A program made the translations under genes and the position numbers. A stretch of 64,000 nt of DNA from a virus, in IMG/VR virus record IMGVR_UViG_3300046167_000585, positions 3,310 to 67,309 of that record, one strand, 5' to 3'. Numbering within the stretch: the stretch's first letter is position 1; every line of letters starts with the position of its first letter. Below, piece by piece: positions 1 through 13,500 of this stretch. The notes below the pieces were generated by a model, which was not told where the DNA came from, searched no databases, and saw only the letters and a program-made list of their open reading frames with translations.

Positions 1-3000
1 GATATTACCATTACTATCTTTATTCAAAAAAATCTCATAAGGACGTTTTTCTGATTTTAGTATTTGTTTTTTTACCTGGTTGCGTATGCTTTCTAACTTT
101 TGTTTATAAGTTGCATCATTACGTAAAGCAAACGCAGTAAGAATATGTATTAGTTCATGTGCGTAAACTTCTTGTGCAGTTTGTTCTGAATAAGATTCAG
201 GTCGATATTTGTTATATTTAATTTTTACAGAAGTATCATCAATGTATGCTTCGCCATGTGCTTTAACATTAGCTTTTAATAACGTTAATTCTGTTTTATC
301 TAATTGAATACCTGCTTTACTAATAATCTCATCAATAACAAGTTGTAAATGACTTTGTTGTATATTTTTATCTTCATTATTTAGATAAGCATCTTGACTA
401 ATTAGTCCAAGTTTTTCAAAAATAGCTTGTAAATTTTGACGTAAAGAGTTTGTTCTATATACTTCTTCTAATTCTGTTGCAACTATATTATCTATAGACC
501 TTAAAATATTGCCATCTGCATCAAAATCAGGTTCTCCTTCATCATAAAGGTCTTTAATTTTGCCAATGTTTTTAAGAGCCATTTGATTTGCATGATTTTC
601 TCTAGCAGGACCTTTAGGTCTTTTTTGATTCTCTATACTAAAATGTGCTCTTTCATGTTCAATTACAAAATTAATATACTCTTGTACATTTTTAAACGTG
701 TCTTCTGGTAATGCGTCAACACCTTCTACTTTAGGTTTAGTCCAAGCTTTTTGAGCATAACCTTCTGTTATTGTAGCAATATCTATATAAATTGCACCCA
801 GACCATTCATATCTGTATAACCTGTTTTAGCACCTATAACTCTACCACTACCATTGCTTGCTAATAAAGACCCTTTAGCTTCTTCAACAATTACAATTGT
901 TTTAAGTTTATCTTCAGTAAATCCTTTAAAGTCAGGTGCTTCAATGTCATTACTACTAAAAGTAGGTTCTTCAACTTCATTAGCTTTTTCTTCTTGAGCA
1001 TTTTTTGCATCTTCTTTAAGAAGATCAAATTGTTTATCTAAAGCTTTAAGAAGGGCATCTAGATTTGTTATTTCTTCTCTCTCTTTTCTTGTTAAACTAG
1101 CGAAATCTTTTTTACGTAAATTAAGTAATCTATTTTTTTCAAACATAAGAGCATCATAAATATCTTGCTCTTCTGATGTTTCAATAACAATTTTTTCTCT
1201 TGTATCTTCTTCAGTAGTTTCTTCAGTAGTTTCTTCTGCTTTCTCTGTAGTGTCTACACCTTCTTGCTCTTGTGTTGTTGTTTCTTCAGGTGTAAGAGTT
1301 TCATCAACGATAGACTCAGGCATATACATTTGCGAAATTGTCCAATTAGCAATGTTTTGTTGCGTACTTAAGTTAGGGTCTCCATAAGCCTTAATTAAAG
1401 CATTAAGGTTACGTTTTCTAGTTTTAATAGCATTTTTAAGATCTTTAATAATCTTTTCTAAACTCATTTCATTAAGTTCTTTATACAATGCGTCTTTTTG
1501 TTTGTTAACTCTATCTCTAGCTTCTATAGTCTTAGGTTTTATTCTTTCTAATCTTTTTAGTTGTCGTTGTATTTCATCACCTCTAAATGATTTTTTTTGA
1601 AGTGTTTCAATAAGAGCATCTTCATCAAAATTACCATTTCTATAGTTTTCTAATATTTGCTCATATTGTTCTAAAGACTTTTCTAAAAATACGTGATTTA
1701 AATTATTGTTTAAAAAAGCTTGATTATAAATTTGAGCATTCTCAATTGCTTGATTAACTGGTGAAATGACTGCATCAAATATTGGTAGCACTTCTGGTTT
1801 TTGTTCTAATAAATCTGCTAACACAGTAGCATCCATATTTTGAACCATATTAATTACTGCAGATACACCAGGTTCTTTAAAAGTACTAGCCGTAGTATTT
1901 GCACCAATTCTATAAATTTCTTCTAATTCATAAAGCTTACCATTAGCTTGACGCCTTGGTACCCAATCCCCTAATACTTTTCTGTATAACCGTTCAACAA
2001 GAGGTTTAGTTTTTACTTCAACTCTATTTCCATTAGTATCAACAAATCTAATTAATTGAATTAATTTACCTTGATTAGAGCTATCACCCCAAGGCGCATT
2101 TAGTCTAGGCATAAAAGAATCAGCCAAGTCTGCTGCTATTCTCATCTTAACGTCTATGTCAGTTACACCTGTACCTAAATCTCCAATTGCTTGTTCATAA
2201 GCTTGCATAAACATAAAGAATTCAGCTTCGACTGATCTTACAATGCTATCTCTACTTTCTACTATTGGTGCTAGTAATTCTTCTAAAGCACTTTCAAATA
2301 TTTTTTTAGGGTGTGCTTTTCCTTCATGATAATAAATATTATAAAAGTAAGCTTGAAATTCTTGTAGTTCTAATGGTTTCTTTTCAGTTCCTACTGTAAA
2401 ACTAAAACCATAAAGATTATTACTGATTTCTACATCAGTATCTTTATCTTTTGTAGTACCTGTTTTATCTAATCTTTCAACCAGTTTTATAGGTTTTTTA
2501 AGTACATCATTGATAGCATTTTCAATTATTTGTACCTCTTCTTTAATTTTTAATTTTTCTTCTGCATTAGCATTATCATATGCTGTTTGATGTTTACCTA
2601 AAGTATCATACAAATCAGGTGCTATAGATTCTACAACATTTCTAATAACTTTAAGTATTCCTGCTCCATAGTTACTAATCATAACTGGAGTTTTTGCTAA
2701 ATCTCTAGCAAACTTAGTTAATGCGTTTTCATTATCTAATAACTCACCATGTAAAACTTTTACAGCATTCTGTTGTGTAGCACTAAAACCGTTAGGGCTA
2801 TTAACGGTCACTTTTTTCATTATTTTATTAACTATGTTTCTACTAAAAGCTTGATATACATCATCTTTATTACTGTTAATAAATTTTTCATAAGTAGCTT
2901 TCGCTTCTTTTTTACTAACAAATACTCCTACTCTTTCTAATGCTTCTTTTAATTTAGTAGGATTTTTAGTTTTCTTGTCTAAGTTTCCACCTAAGAATTG

Positions 3001-6000
3001 TAATAAACCGATTGCATAACCGTTGGTTATGCCATCGGTCTCAATACCAATACTAGTAGTAAATCCTCCATCAGGTTTATAAACAGATAAAGCAACTAAA
3101 GCCTCTAATACATGCGCACTTGCACCACCATTAGTTAATACATCTTCTTGCATTAACTTTTTCATAGATTTATTTAATGCTTTCTTATTGTTTAAGTTAC
3201 TAATAACTTCTTTAACTATTTCGTTGTTATTAATTAACTCAAAAGTTTCTCTACCTTCTTTTAGAGTTTTAATGTTATAACCAAATGCTTGTACTACTGC
3301 TAACTTAAATACTTCTAAATCAGATTTAGATTCTATTTTAGATTCTGTACCTGCAGGATTAAACAGAGCTCTATGAATTTTGCTACGTTGCCCATTAATA
3401 GTATTACTTACAATACGTAATCTATGTTGTACTTGTGCTTTATATTTAAAATAGAATCCTGTATTACCATTACCTCGTGCTAGATAGTCTCTAACATGTT
3501 GAAGGTCTTGTAGTTTTTCTCTATTAGCAGCTTTAACAGCGTCTTTACTTAAATCATGTTGTGCTTCTTCATCTTTTACGCCTACTAAATCTTCTAATAC
3601 ATCATCATTTAGTAAACTAAATATTTTTAATTCGTCTTGTTTACCTATCCACTTTTACTTTTTGTAGCTTTGCCATTAAAGCTTGTGTACGTGTATTTAT
3701 AGTAAAGAAGCTATCATCTGTTGTTTCTTGTACTTCTTCTACAGGTTTATCATAAGTATCTCTTAAAATAGTTTCTGCACCTTTAATAACCTTAAGGTTT
3801 TCACTATTTTCTTTAAAAACTTCTAAAACAGGATTATCTTGTATGTAAACAGTATTCCAATCTAAACTTTCCTTAGCTCGTTTACCTTCTTCTGCTTCAA
3901 AATTAAAATTAGGATTTTCGCTTAGTAAGGTTAGATCATATTCACCTCTTGCTAATTCAATTAAGCCATTTTCAACATCAACATCACCGTCTGTTTTAGC
4001 TTCAATAAATCTAGCAGTTTGAATTGATAGTAATCCTAAAGCAGTAGCTAGCCTAGGTTGTAAATTAGTTCTTTTAACTAAAGGACGTTTAAATACTTTG
4101 TTTTTAATATTTTGTAATCCAAGTATAAAATCACTTTCAGTAGGACGTTGCACAGAAATATTTAATAAATCTAATATTTCAACACCAATTTCTTTAGCTG
4201 CATCTTTTACAAAAATACCTGAATTGCCAAAAGTTGCATAATGTTCTTTACGCAAACGTCTAGTTTGTTTAGCATCTCCAAATACTAGTTCTGCTATAGC
4301 AAAAGCAGGTCTAAACTCGCTTTTCTTTTGATTAATGCCACTCCAATGCATCATAGATATCAACATTGCAAATATTACATCATCAGGCATATTGCCATCT
4401 TGATCTAATAATAATTTAACTTCTCTAACAGCTAAAACACCTTCAGCTTTTTCTTGTCTAGTTAAACCAAGATTAATATTTTCTTGAAATATTTTTTTAA
4501 ATTCATCAAATCTACTTGCTAGTGCTTCAATATACGCAGTATCTTTAACACCTAATTTAATTAGCTTAATTCTAATTTTATCGCCAGTTAATGTTTTATC
4601 TTCATTTTCAGAAAAGAAAGATTTACGAGTTACATCTCTAATCTTAAATAAATCATTAACTTTTAAAGATGAATCTTTTAACGAATTAAATGTGCCTTCA
4701 AATTTATTTAATATATTGTTAGCTATTCTTTTATTTCTAGTTTCTTTTTTAACTTTTCTAGCTTCTTTTAAATTTACTTTAGCTTCTTCTAACTTTAATT
4801 GTAAATTTTCTATTTCAACTCTTCGAGCAAGATTTCCTCTTTGTTTTTCTAAACCTTTTTAATCGGTTTATTTCTGCTTTAATATCTTTTATCGATGTTT
4901 TTAATTCTGTTTCAGCTTCAGTAAACTGTTCACGTTCACGTGTACGTCTTTGTTTTGTTTCTTCTTTTGTTTCTTGAGGCTTTTGAGTTTCTTCTTTAAC
5001 ATCTACAACTTCTTCTTCAACTACTTCTTCTTTAGGTTTTTTAGGTGCTTGCTGAGTACCAGCTTTAACATCATCTAAGTTACCTGTAGTCTCTTGAGCT
5101 CTTTTAGCAATTTCTGCTTTTCTTGCTTTATTTCTAGCTTGTACTTCCTCTGCAAGACGTTTACTAGCAGTTTCATCAATATTTTTAATAATGTTATCAA
5201 TTAGCTCATTTATGTTTTCGACATAAATTGCTTCAGTTTTTACTAATCTAACAAGTTTAGGGCTTCTACCATCAATAAAAAAGTAATCTTTTTTCTTATG
5301 TCCTTTAGGTAATTCACTTTCATTTTTAAATATTTTGTAAGTTTTTTTATCAATAAAAACAGTTACTTTTGTTTTTTGATGAATTTCATATGCTTTATCA
5401 AATTTTTTACTTTTTTCTAATAGTATTTTAACGAAATTAGCTAATTGCTTTTTTTGCTTACCTTTTAATATATTATTTTCAGCATCTTTTAGATATGTTT
5501 CAATACCTCTAAATCTAGTTCCTTCTCCAGTAAGAATTTCGTTATGTACAATTTTTAAAGTTTTCTTAACAGCAGCATCTGTTGCTGAATTAATAATTGT
5601 TTGTGTATTTTTGTAAGCTTTTGCAATTTTTTCTCTAAGCTTAACATTTTGCTTTTCAGTTTCATTTAAACCTTTTTTATCGATATTACTACCTTTATTA
5701 AGACTATTAAGATTTAAAGAATTTAAAACTCTACCTGTTGGCTTAATAGGTTTAGTAGCAGCACCTGCAGATTGTTCTGTGCTATCTTTTTTAGGTTTAG
5801 CTTTAGGTTTAGGCTTAGCTGCAGTTTCTTCTTCTACAATCTCATCTGCAAACTCTTTTTCTAAAACTTTTCTAAGTACAATAAATTTTCTACGTTGTTC
5901 AATAAGATTAGCTTTAACAACTTTATCTGTTGTTGCATTAATATCATTATTTAAAGTTCTTGTAGCTTCCCACAACTCATCATAAGCATCTAATACTTCT

Positions 6001-8564
6001 TCTTCTGCTTTATTAAGTTCATTTATGTCAGGGTCTTTTTTATTTTTTATTTTTTCATATTCTTCATATTTTTTAGTAGTTAGAACAATTAAAGTATCAA
6101 CTTCTTTTTTAGTTTTTGACTTTACAACTTTGTTTTTAAATTCAAAACTATTTAAAGTTTTTTCAATTTGTGTAACAACGCCTTTAGGTAATAAAGGTAA
6201 ACGATTACCTGTATTATCTTTAGATATGTTATCAATTTGAATACCTAATTGATTACGCTCATTTTCTAAACGTTTTCTTTTTCTTGCTGAAACATTACCT
6301 TTTAAAATTTTGTTTATAGCGTTAATACGTTTAGTAGAATCTCCAATAACTTCTCTAATTACGCTTTGACCTTTTCTTTGACCTTCTCTAACTTTGCTGC
6401 CAATAGTTCTATCAATACGTCCAGCTGCATTCTTGTTTGCTTTAGCTATACGTTCATCAAGACGTTTTTTAATAGCTTTAATTTGTTTATTCTTTTCTTT
6501 TTGCGCAACAGTTTTTTTATCTTTAACTTTTTGAATATCAATTTCAGCTTGCTTATTTAGATTAGCAATTTTTTGATCTCTTTTAGTGTTTACTAAATCA
6601 CTAATAGTATTTTCACTAGTAGTAGCAGAACCTGTATTTAAATTAGTTAATACTTCTTCTATTGCTTTATTTGCTTCAACTACATTATTAAAAGAACTAT
6701 CACGGTCTTTAACAGGTAAATTTCTTTGGTCAACTTCAATTTGATTTAATTGTCCTGCTAAATCTAAAGCTTTATCTAAATTTCCACCTTTTTGATAAGT
6801 TTCATCTAAATTAAGTCCTAAAGCTTCTGCTTCGCTTTCAAGAGTCAATACTGCTGATTCTAGAGCTTCTTCTGTTGTATTGTAGCCACTACCAGTAACG
6901 TACTCATTTTTAAGCTCAGAAGCCTTTTCTCTAATCTCTTGAATGCTTTCTCTTACAGCTCCTCTATCACCTCTAATTCTATTAGCTAATTCTGAACCTG
7001 TTTGAACTGTACTGCTTAATGCACCACCAGGTACTAATCCTGCTACAAATGAATTTAAAATTCCTGATATAAATTCTTCTGCTAAATACTCAGGTAAATG
7101 TCCTTCTTTAATCCAATCTTGTGTAGTTTCTTCAATAATGAACTGTAAAGCTTCAGTCGTGCCTTCAGTAAGACCTCCTATTGACATCTCTTTACCAACA
7201 TTTTTAATGTTTTGACCAAGATTACGTTTTCTAGTAGACTTTTTAAGTGTTTCCTTAGCAGCTTTTGTATTTAAACCAAATTTATTAAGTAATCTAGCTG
7301 GGTAAATTAATTCTAAGCCAGCTGCTGCAGTACCACCTAATAATGCAAAACCTTGTGCTCTAGCATCTCTTTCTCCTGCATTACCAACATCACCGTAGAT
7401 ACCACCAACTTCCATTACTTCAGCACCTGCAAAAGCTCCAAGAATTCTACTTCTGTTAACACGTTTACCTAATAACTGTCTAGTGTTATTACTTACGCCA
7501 TCTTTAAAAGTTTCTTTTATGCCTTTCTTTATTGCAGATTTAGCAATTAAGCCTGTTATGCCTCCAGTACCCATCATTAATGCTATTGATGGCATTGCTT
7601 CACCAATTAAAGCGCCTAATTTAGATAAAGTTTGTCCTGGGTTAGTAAACCAATCTATTTCTTCAACTTTAGGTAATGTTTCTCCTCTAAGTTGTGCTGA
7701 ATTTATTTCACGTAAATATTGTTTTAAAAACCAACTACCTAATTCTTCATCTCCTGATGCATCTACTATTAAAGCAGCAAATCCATAGCCTGTAGCTTGT
7801 ACATTATCAATTCCTTTTTGTAACCCTATTTGTGCTTCTTTCCAAAAACCTTTACCTTGTTTTTTAAATTCACCTTTTTCCCAAGCTTGAAGCTCATTAA
7901 CTGCTTCTCTCCAAGCTTTATTATTATAGTTACTTAAGTAAGCAGCATTATTTTCAGGAGTATTAATAACTTCATTAATAATTTCACTTGTTTCAGGATT
8001 ACGTATAGTAATTAAATCTCTACCAAAATATCCTACACCATCTTTACGAATGTCTAATTTAACAGTATCACTTTCAAGGTCTTGACCTTTATAAAGCAAT
8101 TGTTTAAAATTTTCAGCTTGTTTAGCTGCTTCTTCGTTTAACATTCCTTGAGTTACGTAACTTCTATCAGGTAACCCCATTCGTTTAGCTAAAGAAGTAC
8201 GATGTAAATCCCACTTTTTACTTCTTTTACTTCCATCTATTGGTTCTTCCTTGCCAAGATATGGCAATAAAGCTTTAGTTACAGGATCATACTTTGCTGT
8301 TTCGTAAGCATCAAATGTGAAACCAGGTTCTGTATTTAATCTACCAAAACCATATAAAGTATCAGCATCAAAATCTTGACCTAAATTAACATCAAAAGTT
8401 TGAAATTCATTAGTTAAGTTATAAAGATTTTCTGTTTTTTGTTGTGATAGTATTCCTAGCTCAGCTTGCTTTTTTGCTACTAAGTTTGTAAAACTATTTT
8501 CGTTATTCTCGTCTTGAGCTCTTGCTAGAATTTCTGCAAAATTACTCTGAGGTAAAGTTGCCAT
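1..8564 (-). CDS. Virion-encapsidated RNA polymerase (N4 gp50-like), 3'-truncated at window edge; two apparent +1 sequencing insertions (~4858, ~3655)
   Basis: ORFs 4815..8564 and 3641..4390 plus an open frame from 3651 to base 1 join if one A is removed from each of two A-runs. T7-superfamily motifs read in the last frame: GIETDGITNG (motif A, ~3020-3048), RDLAKTPVMISNYG (motif B, ~2665-2706), VLPIFDA (motif C, ~1771-1791). No Cys seen in the two listed ORFs except in the out-of-frame tail, as for N4 vRNAP. Confidence 0.93.
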
Positions 8565-9845
8565 TTACTTTCTTGTTGCAATTTCTAATTGTCTAAATAA
8601 TTCTTTTTGTGTTTCAGTTCGATCTTCTACAGGTATCAATATGAGTTCACCTAGTTTTGCTATTTTATCTATTTCATTTGGCATACTTTGTAATATTGAT
8701 TGCACTTCACTTTGTACAGCTTTACTTACTGTAACTACATCGTTATCGTCATCGTCATCATTATTTTTAATATAAGTTTCTAATAACTCTTTAGTTAAAG
8801 CAGAACTTGTTCGTTGATTTGGTTCAAGACTTTTAAAGAAATCTATAAATTCATTTGTATCTTTAGTGCTTGGTAAATCAATCTGGTCAAGTAAATCAGG
8901 AAATTTTTCTCTAGCTGCATCATACATTTCACCAAATGCAGTGCCTTCAGCAGCATCATCTACAGTAAACTTACCTGCAGCAGCTTCCATTGCTGCATAT
9001 AATCTGTCAGCTTTTTCATCAGTAAATGTACCTAATGCAACATTTTCATTTGTTATTGGATCAGTAAAGTACCATTGATCTACTACTTCATCACTAAAAG
9101 TAATACCACCACGTACAACAAAGTCATTAAAGTCTTTAATATCATGACCTTTACTTAATTTATTAGCACCAAATTGTCTTGCCCATGAACTTAAATTGTC
9201 TAAATCGTTTTGCCCCATTGCGGCACCACTTGGATTAAGTTTACTAAACAACCCAGTTTCAGCAAAACCATACTTATCTTTAAGAAAATCAGTAGGGTCA
9301 TCACCATAGTTTTTATATAAATTTTTTCGGTCTTTTTCTGCTTCTAATCTTTGTTCTTCGTCAAATTCTGCTTTTTTAGCAGCAGCTAATAATTCAGCTC
9401 TTTTTGAATAAATCTCATCTTCCATTTTTTGATTAAATATAAGATCTGTAGCTTTTTGTTCATTGTATGCAGTTTTTTCAGCTGCTTGAGTTTTTTTAAG
9501 TTGGTCTTCCCAAAGTTCTGCAGCTCTTTTTTCTTCATCTAATGTAATTGCTAAATCTCTTTCAGGTTGTCCTAATTCATAATTCGTAGCATTAACAGTA
9601 GACATGTCTAACCAAGAAGGATTTGCAAGTGATATTAAGTTATCACGTTGAGCTTGATTGTCTGCTTGCATTAAACTGTTAACAAAATCTGCAGTTTCAG
9701 CTTCTGTTTTATTTTCACTAAAATCAGTTATAGCTTTTTGAATACCTTCACCTGCATTACCAATATTTGCTGAAGCTCTAGTTAATGCACTGTAAAGCGG
9801 TGCATTGTTCATAGGTTTCATATCTGTCCATCTTACTGCGCCCAT
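8565..9845 (-). CDS. Internal virion/ejection protein (N4 gp51 position)
   Basis: 426 aa, Cys-free, helical; directly upstream of vRNAP; assignment by synteny. Confidence 0.55.
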   Translation of the reverse strand: MGAVRWTDMKPMNNAPLYSALTRASANIGNAGEGIQKAITDFSENKTEAETADFVNSLMQADNQAQRDNLISLANPSWLDMSTVNATNYELGQPERDLAITLDEEKRAAELWEDQLKKTQAAEKTAYNEQKATDLIFNQKMEDEIYSKRAELLAAAKKAEFDEEQRLEAEKDRKNLYKNYGDDPTDFLKDKYGFAETGLFSKLNPSGAAMGQNDLDNLSSWARQFGANKLSKGHDIKDFNDFVVRGGITFSDEVVDQWYFTDPITNENVALGTFTDEKADRLYAAMEAAAGKFTVDDAAEGTAFGEMYDAAREKFPDLLDQIDLPSTKDTNEFIDFFKSLEPNQRTSSALTKELLETYIKNNDDDDDNDVVTVSKAVQSEVQSILQSMPNEIDKIAKLGELILIPVEDRTETQKELFRQLEIATRK

Positions 9846-9854
9846 AACAATCTC

Positions 9855-10517
9855 CTAAACAACGTAATTAGCTAATGTCATATTATTAGCATTTCTCCAA
9901 GCATTTCTATCTGTAATTAAATTATTAGCTAGAGTTTTCTTTGTATCGCGTTCTTGTTGATAACGCATTCTATTATCAGCAAGCTCTTGTTCTATTAGTC
10001 CAATATTTTTTAAAGCAGCCCAACCTTCCATAGCACTACCAACACCTCCTGCTAAAGCAGCTAATGTATTTGCAGTTTCTCTATTAAAGTATTTATCCAT
10101 AAAGCCACCATCTTTATTGTTAAGACCGTCTCTATATAAATTAGCAAATCGTTCATTTTCGTCAAGCATTCCTTGAGCAGGGTTTCCTCTGTTTTTACCA
10201 CCTGCAAGTGTATAACCTCTTGCATCATAGACAGTATTCATAGGACCTTGAGGTAACGTTGTAGTACCAGTAGGAGATCTCATTATGTCATACATATTAC
10301 GACTACCTAAACTGTTATCATTCATACGTGAATATGAAGTAACTTTAGGAACTGTTAATCCACCTAAGTTTTGAAAAGAACTCATTGCACTAGCTTTAGT
10401 TCCTGTAGAGTCTCTATCTTGACCTATTAAATTATTACCATAACTATTAAGAGGTAATAAAGTTTCATCATCATAGTATTCAGTTACACCGTTTACTACT
10501 CTAGCTTTGATTGCCAT
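9855..10517 (-). CDS. Ejection/structural protein (N4 gp52-like)
   Basis: 220 aa, Cys-free, Gly/Ala hydrophobic segment LAALAGGVGSAMEGWAAL followed by coiled coil; synteny. Confidence 0.55.
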   Translation of the reverse strand: MAIKARVVNGVTEYYDDETLLPLNSYGNNLIGQDRDSTGTKASAMSSFQNLGGLTVPKVTSYSRMNDNSLGSRNMYDIMRSPTGTTTLPQGPMNTVYDARGYTLAGGKNRGNPAQGMLDENERFANLYRDGLNNKDGGFMDKYFNRETANTLAALAGGVGSAMEGWAALKNIGLIEQELADNRMRYQQERDTKKTLANNLITDRNAWRNANNMTLANYVV

Positions 10518-10557
10518 GAATTATCTCCGTTTGACTGTTACAAATATCGTTACTAAC

Positions 10558-10586
10558 ATCATACATCATAATTATCTTATTGTATA
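10558..10586 (-). promoter_or_regulatory. Putative sigma70-type late promoter
   Basis: Minus strand TATACA-N17-TATGAT with TG extension, in the intergenic gap upstream of 10517. Confidence 0.5.
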
Positions 10587-10592
10587 GTTATT

Positions 10593-13500
10593 TTAAGTAA
10601 ACATAACTTGTGTTTCATAAATAGAATCCCATTTATTATCATACTCAAATTCTTCAAATGCTAAAACATTAAAATTATCATAATAAGCTAAATATTCTGT
10701 AGGCATCATAGGATTGATTGATGAGCGTAAATCATTATTTATTAAACTAGCATAATCTAATCTATTATTACCTAAACCCCCTTCTCTTTCAATTATTTCA
10801 TCTAGTTCTTTTATTGTTTTTCTTTGTTCTTTTTGTTCTAATGCATAATCTGCTAATAAAGATTCTTGTTGTTCTTCTGCAGTTGTTAAGAACACATCGC
10901 CAATTAAATCTCCTGTATTGCCTATTAATGTAGCTACGTCTTTAAAAGATGAAAAATCAATTCCTTTTCCACCACTTAATTGATACCCAAGAAATACTGC
11001 AACTACAATTGCTAATTCAGGGCTAACTTCTTTAGCTATAGTAATTACAATTTTTTCTATAACTAAATTAATTATTATTTGTTTAATCATAGCTGCAATA
11101 GCTTGAGCTGCAGCAAATTGTCCTGATATTATTGCCATTAAAAATAATACAACTTGTACTATTTTTAACAAACCAGCCCATGCTGGTTGTTCAATTACTT
11201 GTACATCAGCTACATATAAAGATATATGTGCACTTGCAACAAATAAACTAGATACATGGTCACTTGGTAATGATTTAATGACTTCATACGAAAAAGGAAT
11301 CATTAAACCTGTAGGATTAGTTAAATCAAAATTAACCATTTTAAATTTACTAGTTTGAGCATCAATTACTCGTAACATAGTTTTAGGTGAATGTACGGTA
11401 TATGTATTCATACCACTAACTACATTTTGATAATACGTAAATGATGTTCCTACAGTAGTAGGTTCATTAGCTTTATTAATCTTTTTTACTCCAGATGAAA
11501 TTGACAAAGGTGTTAATACACAATTTCCTGGACTACCGCTACCACCATTATGATAACCTGAGCCTGTACCTGCTCCACCAATAGTAATTACGACATAATC
11601 TGTAGGATTAGCAACTGTATGATTTACAGTGTAGTAAGCACCTCTATCTCCATTTTTTCCATATCGATCAACATCAAAATCCCAGAACGAAGAGTTATCT
11701 CCTCCTCCTCCACCACCAGCTGATTTTCCTGAAGCACTACTTCCACCACCATCATTTCCACCAGCACCTCCACTACCTTGAAATGAAGAATGAGCTCCTG
11801 AAGGTACGCCATTACTACCAGGACCACCAAATGATTCTCCTGTTTCTCCTATTGATGTTCCTCCATTGTCTGCAGAACCTCCTGCACCTCCACTAGCAGA
11901 ATAAGTGTTTAGTAATGTGCCACTAGCATTATAAACTCTAGCATAAGTTGTTCCGCCACTACTGCCTGCGTCACCATTACCAGAACCAGCTCTTGCTCCA
12001 CCTCCACCTCCACCTCCTCCAGATATTTCAATTTTTAATGTTGGAGAAGTGGCGACTATGTAATAAGTCGTATTACTTGTTATTACTTGCGTAGTAGCAG
12101 TTATACGTTCATATATTTCAGATGTTCTTAATCCTCCAGCATTACTAATTGTATTATCTGAATTTACTATTACTCCTGGAAAAGTAATTGGTTGCGTAGG
12201 TTGCATCCAATTAGCAGCTTCAGAAGAATAGCTAGATTGTTGTGTAAGTGTTCCAGCTATATAAGCTGTTACATCTGCAAGAGTAGTACAAAAATAACCT
12301 ACGTTATACGTATTTACACCTGATGAAACATAATAAGTATTTATTAAATTATTACTGCTATCAAATTTACTTGAATCTGAATAATATTTTTCATAGATAT
12401 CAGAACCAGCACCTGCACTATTAATTTGTTGAAGAGTATAGGTAGCATATGTAATGTAAGCCCAGGTAAATGCTAATTTATAATCACCTGCAGTTACTAA
12501 AATAGTATTGTAAGGTTTTTCATCTGAACTTGGTGTACTATCGTAAATAGCTTTAGTTACACCTTGTCCTGGCTGTAATGTACTTAAAAATCTAAAACCA
12601 TAATTCATAGCTGTTTGAGACGTATCCCAAATTCTAACTCCAAAATTTAAATAAACGTGATCTACTTTATTTTGATAATTTGCTATGTTAGCAGCAGCAA
12701 CATCTGCCATAACTTGTGTTATTATATTTTCAGCATCTAAACCAACAGTATTTGCTAAACCTATTATCTTATCTCGTTTAGTTGTACTTTGTCCTGAAGC
12801 ATTAAAATTAACATTATTTAAACGTAAAGGTATTGCTGGCAATACACTTAACGTATCACTACCTGTAGTAGTAATTTGTGTATTTGGATCATCTAATCCA
12901 CTGTAAGTACCTGCACCTACTTTATAAACAAACAATTTATTTACACTAGGAGCACTATCTAAATAGTAATTTACTATGTAATGTAATCCTGTAGGTTTAC
13001 TAGGTATATTAAATCCAGTAAAGTTTGCTAAAGGACTACCTGTTCTCAAAGTGTAATCATTACTACTACTGTTATATACAGAATTAGCAACGTTAACTAC
13101 TGTAGCAGTACCACTATGAGTAAATGTAGATGTTTCATGTACATAAGCTTTGTTTTCTTGTAACCAATATTTTTGCCAAGGGTTTACAAATAATGTACCT
13201 AATTTAGCATTAGATATTGTACAAGGAGCACTATTAAGAGTAGTTAATATAGAATCGACTTCATCATAGTCGATAGTCATTACATTTCCTTTTAACGTAG
13301 GAAAATCTTCAAAATAGTTATTATTATCAATATAATCTACAAACTTTTTAACATTTTGTTTACCATTTCTAAAAAGTGAGGCAAACCGTAAAGATTCAGA
13401 TATATCTTTATTATTAATAACTGCATCAACAACAACTTCTGCAGAAGCTTTTTTATCAGGTTCTGCAAATAAAGCTTGATTGTGTACTTCAAAAAGTTCT

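Noticed and set aside
1150-1320. Short repeats (TTCTTCAGTAGT x2) in vRNAP
   Set aside because: Encode a low-complexity Glu/Thr-rich linker; not a DNA-level element.
3641-4860. vRNAP split into separate genes
   Set aside because: Removing one A from each of two A-runs gives a continuous frame; the only Cys lies in the out-of-frame tail.
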